Assembly (NCBI GenBank): GCA_032124675.1
Contig: JAQBDA010000049.1
Location: forward strand, 1-62,685
Reading direction: 5' to 3'
DNA: 62,685 bases
From: Chloroflexota bacterium
Lineage (GTDB): Bacteria > Chloroflexota > Anaerolineae > Anaerolineales > UBA4823
The position numbers and the translations under genes are program-made. Below are positions 8,096 through 17,113 of this stretch, in pieces. Numbering within the stretch: position 1 is the stretch's first letter; every line of letters starts with the position of its first letter. The notes below the pieces were generated by a model, which was not told where the DNA came from, ran no database searches, and worked only from the letters and a program-made list of their open reading frames with translations.

Positions 8096-10459
8096 ATGGC
8101 GACAAAGAAAACCAAGTCTTCCTCTTCAAAAAGCTCCACCACTGCGAAAAGCAAGCCGCGCAGGTCGCCGGCTCGCAAGCCGGCTTCCACGAAGACGAAG
8201 AAAACGACCCGCACATCGAGCCGCAAGTCATCTGTCTCATCCCAATCCAAAACTACGGCACAAACGAACTCGGCCACGATCTCGACCGGCATCTCCCTGG
8301 ACCGCAAGCTGGATATCGCCGGCGTAATCCTGGGACTTGTCGGGCTGCTCACCCTGCTCAGCCTGGCATCCTCCACCCGCAGCCCGCTGACCGGCGGCTG
8401 GGTATCCCTGGTCGCCAAAGGCTCCGGCTGGGGAATGTATATCCTGCCGCTGGCTCTGATCGCCGTCGGCGCGTGGCTGGTGCTACGCCATTTCGAACGC
8501 ATCCCCTCCGTATCTGTAGAGCGGCTGATCGGTATCATCCTGCTGTTCACCAACATTCTCGCCTGGCTGCATTTCCTGACCTTCCCCGTCTCCAGCCAGG
8601 CGGCGCTGGACACGGCAGCTGCTGGAGAGGGCGGCGGCTATATCGGCGGTGCCTTCGTGATCGCGCTGCAGTCCACCCTGGGCACCGGCGGGGCTGCCAT
8701 CGCCCTGCTGGCGTGGACGCTGATCGCCCTGGCGATGACGCTGGATGTCTCCATCCTGGATATGTTCCGCTGGGTGCCGGCGCTGGTCACCCGCCTGGGT
8801 GATCAATGGGATGAGTTCCGCGCCCAGCGCGGCGGGAAACCCGCCAGCTACACTGGTATGGTACCCCAGCCCGGGGTGCCCATGCCAGAAGGTGACCTGC
8901 TCTCCCCGGCGTATGCCCCCAGCGCCCCGCAGCCTGCCGCGCTGCCATTCGCGGTCTCCGGAGCTCAAGCCCGGGAATGGGCGATCCCGCCGGTAGCGGA
9001 GATCCTGGATGAAGGTGGTCAGGTGGATTACGATGCTGAGCTGGACCTGCAGCGCGGACGGGTGATCGAAGAAACGCTGGCCTCATTCGGCGCACCGGGC
9101 AACGTGATCGAGATCAGCCGCGGCCCAACGATCACCATGTTCGGTGTGGAGCCGGATTTCAACGAGAGCCGCAGCGGGAAGACGCGCGTGCGGGTTGGAA
9201 AGATCGCCGCCCTGGCGGACGACCTGGCGCTGGCACTCTCGGCGCGCACCATCCGCATCCAGGCCCCGGTGCCGGGGAAAGGGTATATCGGCATCGAAGT
9301 GCCCAACGAGGAGATTTCGCTGGTTGCCGTGCGGGATGTGATCGAGAGCGAGGCCTTTACCCGTTTGAAATCCACGCTGCGTTTTGCCCTTGGGCAGGAT
9401 GTTGCCGGCAACGCGGTCGCCGCCGACCTATCTGCTATGCCACACCTGCTGGTCGCCGGAGCGACAGGCTCGGGCAAGTCGGTGTGCGTGAATTCGCTGA
9501 TCTCGTGCCTGCTGATGTTCAACACCCCCGATGAACTGCGCCTGATCATGGTCGACCCGAAGCGGGTCGAGCTGACCGGTTATAACGGCATCCCACACCT
9601 GCTGGCACCGGTGGTAGTGGATATTGAGCGCGTGGTGGGCGTCTTGCAGTGGGTGCTGCGCGAGATGGACCAGCGCTACCACAAGCTGGCGCAGGCCGGC
9701 TGCCGCAATATCAAGGAATATAATTCTCAGCTTGAAGCCAGCGGCGAGAAGAAGCTGCCCTACCTGGTGGTGATCGTCGACGAATTGGCCGACCTGATGA
9801 TGCTGGCGCCCGACGAGACCGAGCGCACGCTGACCCGCCTGGCGCAGCTCGCCCGCGCTACCGGCATACACCTGGTGATCGCCACTCAGCGCCCATCGGT
9901 GGACGTGGTCACCGGGCTGATCAAGGCCAACTTCCCCGCCAGGGTGGCCTTCGCGGTGGCCTCCGGCGTGGACAGCCGCGTCATCCTGGACCAGCCCGGC
10001 GCCGAGCGCCTGCTGGGGCGCGGCGATATGCTCTTCCAGGCTCCCGATGCCCCCGCGCCGGTGCGCCTGCAGGGCACCTTCGTCTCCGACGCCGAGATAC
10101 AGCGCCTGGTTGCCTACTGGCAGAGCTTCGCCGGTGCGGTAACCAGCGCGCCTACCGCGGCCGGCGGTACACCCGGTGCCGTCCCGGCTGGCATCCCGCT
10201 CAAGCAGATCCCGCTGTGGGAGGAGATGCAGGCCGAGGAGAGAAAAGACCCGCTGCTGGAGGAGGCAGTCGACCTGGTCCGCCGCCAGGGGCGCGCATCG
10301 ATCTCCATGCTGCAGCGCCGCCTGCGCATCGGCTACACGCGTTCAGCCCGCCTGGTCGAGACCATGGAAGCCAAAGGCATCGTCGGCCCGCCCGACCCAG
10401 GCACCGGCACGCGCGAGGTGCTGGATTACGGCCCGGCCGCTCCGCCGGTGGATGAGTAG
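8096..10459 (+). CDS. ftsK: DNA translocase FtsK/SpoIIIE
   Basis: N-terminal TM region, PHLLVAGATGSGKS Walker A, VDPKRVEL, IVDELADLMM, ATQRPSVDV, GAERLLGRGDML, gamma domain ASISMLQRRLRIGYTRSARL. Confidence 0.95.
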   Translation: MATKKTKSSSSKSSTTAKSKPRRSPARKPASTKTKKTTRTSSRKSSVSSQSKTTAQTNSATISTGISLDRKLDIAGVILGLVGLLTLLSLASSTRSPLTGGWVSLVAKGSGWGMYILPLALIAVGAWLVLRHFERIPSVSVERLIGIILLFTNILAWLHFLTFPVSSQAALDTAAAGEGGGYIGGAFVIALQSTLGTGGAAIALLAWTLIALAMTLDVSILDMFRWVPALVTRLGDQWDEFRAQRGGKPASYTGMVPQPGVPMPEGDLLSPAYAPSAPQPAALPFAVSGAQAREWAIPPVAEILDEGGQVDYDAELDLQRGRVIEETLASFGAPGNVIEISRGPTITMFGVEPDFNESRSGKTRVRVGKIAALADDLALALSARTIRIQAPVPGKGYIGIEVPNEEISLVAVRDVIESEAFTRLKSTLRFALGQDVAGNAVAADLSAMPHLLVAGATGSGKSVCVNSLISCLLMFNTPDELRLIMVDPKRVELTGYNGIPHLLAPVVVDIERVVGVLQWVLREMDQRYHKLAQAGCRNIKEYNSQLEASGEKKLPYLVVIVDELADLMMLAPDETERTLTRLAQLARATGIHLVIATQRPSVDVVTGLIKANFPARVAFAVASGVDSRVILDQPGAERLLGRGDMLFQAPDAPAPVRLQGTFVSDAEIQRLVAYWQSFAGAVTSAPTAAGGTPGAVPAGIPLKQIPLWEEMQAEERKDPLLEEAVDLVRRQGRASISMLQRRLRIGYTRSARLVETMEAKGIVGPPDPGTGTREVLDYGPAAPPVDE

Positions 10460-10485
10460 TTACCACGGAGAGACACATCCCGTAA

Positions 10486-10514
10486 TTGACGGGGGGTTGA
10501 AAAACTGATATACT
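10486..10514 (+). promoter_or_regulatory. Sigma70-type promoter of the toxin-antitoxin pair
   Basis: TTGACG(10486-10491), 17 nt spacer, TATACT(10509-10514), with a TG extension. Confidence 0.7.
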
Positions 10515-10553
10515 GATCGTCAGACAATCATTCGTTCAGGAGATGGCCTATCC

Positions 10554-10808
10554 ATGGATACACTCAACCTGCAGCTAACCCAGCGCGGGGTGATCGTGCT
10601 GCCCAAATCTTTGCGTGAAACCTATAACTTGCGCTCTGGTGACCAGTTTACACTGGTAGACCTTGGCGGCGTTTTCGTCCTCAGCCCTCGCCGCTCGGAA
10701 ATCGACGCTCTCGCAGACCGGATCTCTCAGGAGCTTACCGGAAAAGGCGAAACCCTGGAAAGCATGCTGCACGCATTGCGTGAACAGCGCGAGCGCTATG
10801 CCAGCTAA
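10554..10808 (+). CDS. AbrB/MazE/SpoVT-family antitoxin
   Basis: LTQRGVIVLPKSLRETYNLRSGD swapped-hairpin signature, 84 aa, overlaps the PIN gene. Confidence 0.85.
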   Translation: MDTLNLQLTQRGVIVLPKSLRETYNLRSGDQFTLVDLGGVFVLSPRRSEIDALADRISQELTGKGETLESMLHALREQRERYAS

Positions 10809-11256
10809 ACTCCGGGCTTTCTCGGATACCAGCGCGCTGTTTGCCGGTATCTGGTCCGCGAGCGGCGGCTCGAGGATGATTTTGAAATTAGGAGAAGCCG
10901 ATGCCATCCAGCCAGTCATCAGCCGGCATGTGCTGGAAGAGATCGATAACGTTGTACGCAGCAAAGCCCCTGATATCTTGGGGGCTTTGGCTCTTGTTTT
11001 GGATCGCAGTCATTTCGAAGTCTCAAGCGTACAAGGCACCTTAGAACGGGTCCAGGCCCAGCTCCAGTATCCTGGTGACGCCCGTATTTTGGCTGCTGCG
11101 CTGGAGACCAACGTGGATTACTTCGTGACCCTGGACCGCAAGCACTTCTTGAACGATGATGCGTTGAGAGAGGCTATCCCCTTCCCGATGGGCACCCCCG
11201 GCGATTTCCTGGACTGGTACCGTTCAACCTTACAGAATATCTCCAGCAACGGCTAA
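10798..11256 (+). CDS. PIN-domain toxin (VapC-like)
   Basis: AFSDTSALFAG, VLEEI, GDARILAAA and YFVTLDRKHF acidic PIN residues. ATG at 10798 overlaps the antitoxin 3' end. Confidence 0.85.
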   Translation: MPAKLRAFSDTSALFAGIWSASGGSRMILKLGEADAIQPVISRHVLEEIDNVVRSKAPDILGALALVLDRSHFEVSSVQGTLERVQAQLQYPGDARILAAALETNVDYFVTLDRKHFLNDDALREAIPFPMGTPGDFLDWYRSTLQNISSNG

Positions 11257-11267
11257 TCACACAGCCG

Positions 11268-11300
11268 ATCCATGGCTTCCGCGTCCATCCGTGTCCCATT
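11268..11300. repeat. Degenerate 9-10 bp periodic repeat
   Basis: ATCCATGGCT-TCCGCGTCCA-TCCGTGTCCC immediately after the PIN toxin stop. Confidence 0.45.
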
Positions 11301-11356
11301 ATTAACGTCTTTTCATCCAACTTATCAGTCAATATCCCCGGTGATATAATGCCGCC

Positions 11357-12703
11357 ATGCGCCCGCGCTTGCTGGTATTTTCGCTCGTCGCCTTGGCTGC
11401 CGTGTGCCTTGGGGCAGCCCTGGTCTACAACCTGCCGCCCGTCCACGAGCGGCTGGCCTGGCGTGTGGCGAGATTGCGCTCGCAGGTCTTCTACGCCCTC
11501 AACCCGCCGCAGGAAGTAGTCTTTCTCCCAGAAGAACAAAACCCGCTCGACGAGCAGGCATTAATCGAAACCATCGTCCAGGCCACCCTGGACGCCCTGC
11601 CAACGCCACAGGCGGCGGCACCCAGCCCCCTGCCCAGCACCAGCACCCCCCTGCCCCCCCAACCCGGTCCTACAGCAACCCACACCCCAACCCCACTACC
11701 CAGCGCCACACCCACAACCCTGCCCGGCCAGGTGCTGCTGAACGGATTGGTGCATGACTACCAGCGCATGAACAACTGCGGTCCGGCTACCCTGGCGACC
11801 CTGCTCACTTACTGGGGCTGGGGCGGCGACCAGTACGTGACCCGCGAGTACCTGCGCCCCAACCACGCCCGGGTGGACGACAAGAACGTGATGCCTGGCG
11901 AGATGGTGGACTTCATCGAGAGCCAGACCGGGCTGAAAGCCCTGGTGCGGGTGGGCGGCGACCTGGACACGCTCAAGCGCCTGCTGGCAGCCGGCTTCCC
12001 GGTGATGATCGAGAAGGGCTTCCAACCGCCTCACGAGGATTGGATGGGGCATTACGAAGTGATCAACGGCTACGACGACGCGAACCAGCGCTTCATTACC
12101 CAGGATTCATACATCATGGCGGATTTCCCCGTGCCTTACCCCGACCTGCGCGGCCGCTGGTGGCGCGATTTCAACTACGTCTACCTGGTGGCTTACACAG
12201 CGGAGCGCGAGGCTCAGCTTATGGAGCTGCTCGGCCCACACGCCGACCCGGCTTATAATCTCCAATCTGCTGCCAGGATGGCAGAGGAGGAGACCGCCAT
12301 CCTGGGCGGGCGCGACCTGTTCTTCGCCTGGTTCAACCTGGGCTCCAGCCTGGCAGCGCTCGAAGATTACCCCGCCGCGGCCCAGGCCTACGACCAGGCC
12401 TTCGCCGTGTACGCCGACCTGCCCCAGGCTGAGCGCCCCTGGCGCGTACTGTGGTACCAGACCGGCCCGTACGCCGCCTACTATCATGCCGGGCGCTACC
12501 AGAACGTGATCAGCCTGGCAAACACCACCTTGTCCTTCCTCTCAGACCCGATCCTGGAGGAGACGCTGTTCTGGCGCGGCATGGCCAAAGAAGCCTCCGG
12601 AGACCTGGAAGGCGCGGTTGCAGACTATAATAGAGCGGTGCGGGTCAACCCCACCTCAACCGCCGCCGCCGCCCAGCTCCAGCGCCTTGGGCTCGCCCCT
12701 TAA
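11357..12703 (+). CDS. Membrane-anchored C39-like cysteine peptidase with C-terminal TPR (paralog 1)
   Basis: N-terminal TM, Pro/Thr linker, Q..NNCGPA (Cys), GHYEVINGYDD (His), QDSY (Asp), TPR-like helices. TGaTATAAT lies 6 nt before the ATG. Confidence 0.8.
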   Translation: MRPRLLVFSLVALAAVCLGAALVYNLPPVHERLAWRVARLRSQVFYALNPPQEVVFLPEEQNPLDEQALIETIVQATLDALPTPQAAAPSPLPSTSTPLPPQPGPTATHTPTPLPSATPTTLPGQVLLNGLVHDYQRMNNCGPATLATLLTYWGWGGDQYVTREYLRPNHARVDDKNVMPGEMVDFIESQTGLKALVRVGGDLDTLKRLLAAGFPVMIEKGFQPPHEDWMGHYEVINGYDDANQRFITQDSYIMADFPVPYPDLRGRWWRDFNYVYLVAYTAEREAQLMELLGPHADPAYNLQSAARMAEEETAILGGRDLFFAWFNLGSSLAALEDYPAAAQAYDQAFAVYADLPQAERPWRVLWYQTGPYAAYYHAGRYQNVISLANTTLSFLSDPILEETLFWRGMAKEASGDLEGAVADYNRAVRVNPTSTAAAAQLQRLGLAP

Positions 12704-12755
12704 ATAGATATCTCTGTGATCCCTTTTGGAATAGTTAATCCTTTTATATGAAACC

Positions 12756-12887
12756 TATTTTCACCACCAAGCCTCCAAGGCACCAAGTTTTAAATATAAA
12801 ACTCTCCGCGCACTCTGCGCCTTCTGCGGTGAATCTATGAAATTCTCTGTGTTCTCAGCGTTCTCAGAGTTCTCTGTGGTGAAAATA
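12756..12887. repeat. 132-bp intergenic element of 8- and 9-bp tandem units bounded by a perfect 12-bp terminal inverted repeat (MITE/REP-like)
   Basis: TATTTTCACCAC(12756-12767)...GTGGTGAAAATA(12876-12887). Inside: CACCAAGC-CTCCAAGG-CACCAAG; CTCTCCGCG-CACTCTGCG-CCTTCTGCG-GTGAA; TTCTCTGTG-TTCTCAGCG-TTCTCAGAG-TTCTCTGTG-GTGAA. Confidence 0.75.
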
Positions 12888-12895
12888 AAGAAAAC

Positions 12896-14242
12896 ATGCG
12901 TAATAAACTGATCCTTATAGCCATCGCCATCCCGCTGTGCCTGCTGCTGGGAGCACTGGTCTACAACCTGCCCCCGGTGCACGCCCGGCTGGCTTGGCGG
13001 GTGGACGCCCTGCGGACTGAAATCAAGTACAGGTTCAACCCGCCCGACGAAGCGGTGTTCGTACCTCAAGAAGGGTCTGCTGGCGAACTGCCCACCGTTA
13101 CCCCTACCCACACACCCGTCCCGCCCACAGCCACACCCACCAGTCCCGGTCCGACGGATACACCTGAACCCAGCCCGACCCCGACCGAGACGCCCACACC
13201 GCTGCCCGAGTCAACTATCCTGGATGGCGTAGTCTACGTCGACCAGCACGGGCGCTGGAACTACTGCGGGCCGGCCAACCTGACCATGGCGCTCAATTTC
13301 TGGGGCTGGCCCGGTTCGCGCGACGACGTGGCTGCGGTGGTCAAGCCCGGCATCGCTGACCCCAGCCTGGATTTCATCCAGCGCGGCAAGCTGGATAAGA
13401 ACGTCATGCCCTACGAAATGGCTAACTTCGTAACCGACCACACCGATTTCAACGTGGTCACCCGTTCAGGCGGCGATATCGAGCTAGTCAAGCGCCTGAT
13501 CGCCGGCGGCTTCCCGGTGCTGGTGGAGAAGGGCTACTACGAGGCCGATTACACCGGCAAGGTCGCCTGGCTGGGGCACTACCTGTTCACCACCGGCTAC
13601 GATGACGCAACAGGCGAGTTCATCGTCCAGGACGCCTACCTGAAGCCGGGGGCGGACATGCGCGTTGACTACCAGACCTACCTCGATGGCTGGCGCTCGT
13701 TCAACTACCTGTTCATGGTGATCTATCCTCCCGAGCGGGAGACCGAGCTGTTCGCCTCGCTAGGCGACTGGGCCGACCCGACCTGGGCAGACCAGAACGC
13801 GCTGCGCATCGCCGAAGAGGAGATCCAGACCCAGACCGGCATCGACCAGTTCTTCGCGTGGTTCAACAAGGGCACCAGCCACGTCAACCTGCTGCAGTAC
13901 AACGAAGCCGGGATCGCTTACGACCGCGCCTTCGAGGTCTATTCGCAGCTCGAGAGCGATGACACTCAGCGACCGTACCGCATCCTGTGGTACCAGACCG
14001 GACCGTACTGGGCGTACTTCTACACCGCGCGCTACCAGGATACGATCAACCTGGCAGACACCACCCTGTACGACACCATCTCCGAGCCGACCCTGGAGGA
14101 GAGCCTGTACTGGCGCGGCCAGGCCTACCTGGCGCTTGGGCAGACGGCGGAGGCCATCGCCGATTTCCGCGAGACGGTGCGGCTGAATCCGAATTTCGCG
14201 CCGGGATTGACTATGTTGGCGCAGTTGGGGGTAGGTCCCTAG
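12896..14242 (+). CDS. Membrane-anchored C39-like cysteine peptidase with C-terminal TPR (paralog 2)
   Basis: Same architecture as 11357..12703: LVYNLPPVH.RLAWRV, WNYCGPA, DKNVMP, GHYLFTTGYDD, QDAY, WYQTGPY. Also 448 aa. Confidence 0.8.
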   Translation: MRNKLILIAIAIPLCLLLGALVYNLPPVHARLAWRVDALRTEIKYRFNPPDEAVFVPQEGSAGELPTVTPTHTPVPPTATPTSPGPTDTPEPSPTPTETPTPLPESTILDGVVYVDQHGRWNYCGPANLTMALNFWGWPGSRDDVAAVVKPGIADPSLDFIQRGKLDKNVMPYEMANFVTDHTDFNVVTRSGGDIELVKRLIAGGFPVLVEKGYYEADYTGKVAWLGHYLFTTGYDDATGEFIVQDAYLKPGADMRVDYQTYLDGWRSFNYLFMVIYPPERETELFASLGDWADPTWADQNALRIAEEEIQTQTGIDQFFAWFNKGTSHVNLLQYNEAGIAYDRAFEVYSQLESDDTQRPYRILWYQTGPYWAYFYTARYQDTINLADTTLYDTISEPTLEESLYWRGQAYLALGQTAEAIADFRETVRLNPNFAPGLTMLAQLGVGP

Positions 14243-14409
14243 GGAAAGCTTTGGATCTCAGTAAGCTTTCGGATCGTAGGTGACGCCCTATCCACATTAA
14301 TGAGAGAAGTGTATTATTATATCGAGACCTATTTAGCAAACTGGAAGCCCCTTTAGGGCAACCGAATCACCTGCGAATCCAAGATGGACCACGCTGTCTG
14401 GTCTGATGT

Positions 14410-15246
14410 ATGAAAACTTCAACGAAACAAATTCATCCAGGGACTTTTTTTCTACTCACTTTTCTGCTCTCCTGGATTATCTGGATACCTCTGGATCTTT
14501 CGCACTTCGGGATTGGACCGCTGTCAATCCCAGAAGGAATCAGCAACATAGTCCGGCTCTTGGGAGTATTGATGCCGGCGACTGTGGCGTTAATCCTCAC
14601 TGGATGGAGCAGTGGACGGGAGGGGTTACAAAGCCTGCTCAATCGCCTGACCATCTGGCGGGTCGGTGGGAAGTGGTGGGCAGCAGCCACCTTGATACAA
14701 CCGGCCTTGCTTCTCCTTGCCGCTTTGGCATATAACCTTATAGTTAGCAAACCGCCTCTTTCTCCTGTCCCAATTGGTTCGATGGCTGCATTATTTGTAA
14801 CTTGCATCTTCCTGCTGATCGCCGCCGTGGGAGAGGAGATCGGTTGGCGCGGTGTTGCGCTGCCAACATTGCAGGGACGGTACAGCGCGCTGGCATCCAG
14901 CGTTATCCTGGGATTGCTCTGGGGAGCATGGCACATTCCCTTCTGGTTGCTGATGGACACAATCGATCAGTTTGGGAGTATGTATCTGGCACTCAATTTT
15001 CTCCTTCTGCCCCTGACATTTTTCATTACCTGGATATTCAACCATACACGCTCCAGCCTGTTGATGCCGGTCATATTACATCTCACTTTCAATATAGTTA
15101 ATACCGTCCTGCTACCGGTGACATCGTATCTCACTGCATTTGCATTCTTCATAATCTTGAATTGGCTTGCCGTTTTGCCTATCCTCCGGAGGCTTTCACC
15201 TGATGTCCTCCCCGAAGCTGATTTCATTCCTTCGAATACTACTTAA
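14410..15246 (+). CDS. CPBP (CAAX protease/Abi) intramembrane metalloprotease
   Basis: GEEIGWRG, LWGAWHIP and ILHLTFN motifs; multi-TM; visibly more AT-rich than its neighbours. Confidence 0.88.
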   Translation: MKTSTKQIHPGTFFLLTFLLSWIIWIPLDLSHFGIGPLSIPEGISNIVRLLGVLMPATVALILTGWSSGREGLQSLLNRLTIWRVGGKWWAAATLIQPALLLLAALAYNLIVSKPPLSPVPIGSMAALFVTCIFLLIAAVGEEIGWRGVALPTLQGRYSALASSVILGLLWGAWHIPFWLLMDTIDQFGSMYLALNFLLLPLTFFITWIFNHTRSSLLMPVILHLTFNIVNTVLLPVTSYLTAFAFFIILNWLAVLPILRRLSPDVLPEADFIPSNTT

Positions 15247-15254
15247 ATACCGCC

Positions 15255-16514
15255 ATGCCCACCATTCTGCACTTCGCCGACGCGCATATCGACATCGCCA
15301 ACTACGGCCGCCACGACCCGCAGTCCGGCCTGCCCATGCGGGTGATGGACTTCCTTAAATCACTGGACACCATCATCGACACCGCCATCGAGGAGAAGGT
15401 AGACCTGGTGCTGTTCGCCGGTGACGCCTACAAGGACCGCAGCCCGGCGCCTACCTTTCAAAGAGAGTGGGGACGGCGTATCATGCGCCTGTCGCGCGCC
15501 GGCATCCCCACCCTGCTGCTGGTCGGCAACCACGACCTGTCCCCCTCACTGGGGCGCGCCCACGCCATGGAAACTTTCGACACCCTGGAAGTGCCCCACG
15601 TGCAGGTGCTGGAGAAACCGGCCTTCCTGGGACCGGATGAGCTGTGGGGTCTGCCGCTGCAGGTGATCGCCCTGCCGTGGATCTCGCGCTCGGGTCTGGT
15701 AGCGCACCTGGACCTTCCCGCCAGCGACCCGGGCAAAGTCTACGAAGAGATGGAACTGCGTTTCAAAGATCTGATCGACGGCTGGCTGGCGAGCGCCGAC
15801 CCCGCCCTGCCGGTGGTGCTGACCGCCCACGCCTCCGTGCAGGGGGCAAAATACGGCGGCGAGCGCACCGTGATGCTGGGCAGCGACCTGGTGCTCTCCG
15901 GCGGGCTGGTGCGCGACCCGCGCTTGGATTACGTCGCCCTAGGGCATATCCATAAAGCGCAGGACCTGAACGAGAACGCCCACCCGCCGGTGGTCTACCC
16001 AGGCTCGATCGAGCGGGTGGATTTCGGTGAGGTGCAGGACGACAAGTTCTTCGTCATCGCCCGCGTGGGGCGCGGGAGTACAGAAGTGGATTGGCGTCAG
16101 CTGGCGGGCATCCGCCCCTTTATCGACCGCCGGGTCACATTGGATTCAGACAGCGCCGGCGCGCCGATGAACGGCTCACTGGTCAACGACCGGCTGCGCG
16201 CCGCCCTGCCGCCCCGCGAGCAACTGGGTGGCGCAGTTGTGCGCCTGGCGGTGGAGTATCCTCGGGAGATGGAAGCGTTGATCGACGAGGCCGCCCTGCG
16301 CGACCATGCCGGCGAGGCCTTCGAGTTCCTGCTGGTCAAGCGCCCGCAGATAGAGGCCCGCATCCGTCTGCCGGAAGACCAGGCGATTGGCAGCCTGACC
16401 CACCTGGAGCTTCTGGACCTGTACTGGCGCAGCGGTCACATCGAACCCGCTGAGGCAGAAGTGCTGTCGAAACTGGCACAAGAAGTCATCTCCGCCGCGC
16501 GCCAGGGGGATTAG
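15255..16514 (+). CDS. sbcD: SbcD/Mre11 nuclease subunit
   Basis: ILHFADAHID, FAGDAY, VGNHD, LTAHASV, YVALGHIHK, YPGSIERVDFGE. Confidence 0.92.
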   Translation: MPTILHFADAHIDIANYGRHDPQSGLPMRVMDFLKSLDTIIDTAIEEKVDLVLFAGDAYKDRSPAPTFQREWGRRIMRLSRAGIPTLLLVGNHDLSPSLGRAHAMETFDTLEVPHVQVLEKPAFLGPDELWGLPLQVIALPWISRSGLVAHLDLPASDPGKVYEEMELRFKDLIDGWLASADPALPVVLTAHASVQGAKYGGERTVMLGSDLVLSGGLVRDPRLDYVALGHIHKAQDLNENAHPPVVYPGSIERVDFGEVQDDKFFVIARVGRGSTEVDWRQLAGIRPFIDRRVTLDSDSAGAPMNGSLVNDRLRAALPPREQLGGAVVRLAVEYPREMEALIDEAALRDHAGEAFEFLLVKRPQIEARIRLPEDQAIGSLTHLELLDLYWRSGHIEPAEAEVLSKLAQEVISAARQGD

Positions 16515-16515
16515 C

Positions 16516-16878
16516 TCACTCCGTGATCAGTTCGTGCTTGAGAGCCAGCGCCTGGGGGACAGCCACCGTGATCACGTCCGGCAGATCATCTGCTACCATC
16601 TGCCTGCGTGTGGAGAACACCTGCTCTCCCAAGCTGTCATATACGATTACGTACAGATCCGGCATCGACTCAACCCGCCAGGCCGGCTGGTCCTCCCGGT
16701 CTGTATACAGATCAGAGTCGAACACGATGCGCGCTTCGCCGTTATCAGCGGTCACACCGCTCCCCAGGTGGTCATCCTGATCAGAGAGATCGCGGTCGAA
16801 CAAGGCAACCCTGACCCCCTTCAGTACCCGGTCGGGCATCTCATCCAGCACCAGCTTGATACGAACAACAAGGATCAT
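16516..16878 (-). CDS. Hypothetical protein (small beta-sandwich, transthyretin-like)
   Basis: 120-aa ORF: GVRVALFDRD..DD.LGSGVT...G....F...PDLYVIVYD. GGAG RBS upstream. Confidence 0.6.
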   Translation of the reverse strand: MILVVRIKLVLDEMPDRVLKGVRVALFDRDLSDQDDHLGSGVTADNGEARIVFDSDLYTDREDQPAWRVESMPDLYVIVYDSLGEQVFSTRRQMVADDLPDVITVAVPQALALKHELITE

Positions 16879-17113
16879 GAGTCAACTCCCTTGAAAAGGT
16901 AACATTTTTATTACCCACAGCGAGTATCAGCTCAACCTACGAGACCTATTTTACAACAGCCCTCCGGGTGCTGAATACCGTCAAGATGCCCCTCTGGAGT
17001 TCCGCGAATTGAACAGAAATTTATTCGTTTATAATAGGGTTCAAAGTTGCCCACTCCAGGCTGCTGGAACGCCCTACAATTCCGGGCCGGCAACCTCGAT
17101 CAAGGAGGTATAA

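Noticed and set aside
10554-16514. Anti-phage defence island (TA pair + CPBP/Abi + SbcD nuclease)
   Set aside because: SbcD has a normal SbcC partner and looks like housekeeping repair; TA and CPBP genes are common singletons, and no defence-type operon structure is evident.
14323-16951. Direct repeat CGAGACCTATTT at 14323 and 16940 (similar GAAACCTATTT at 12750)
   Set aside because: A 12-bp match is expected by chance in a window this size, and the copies enclose the core gene sbcD rather than a coherent element.
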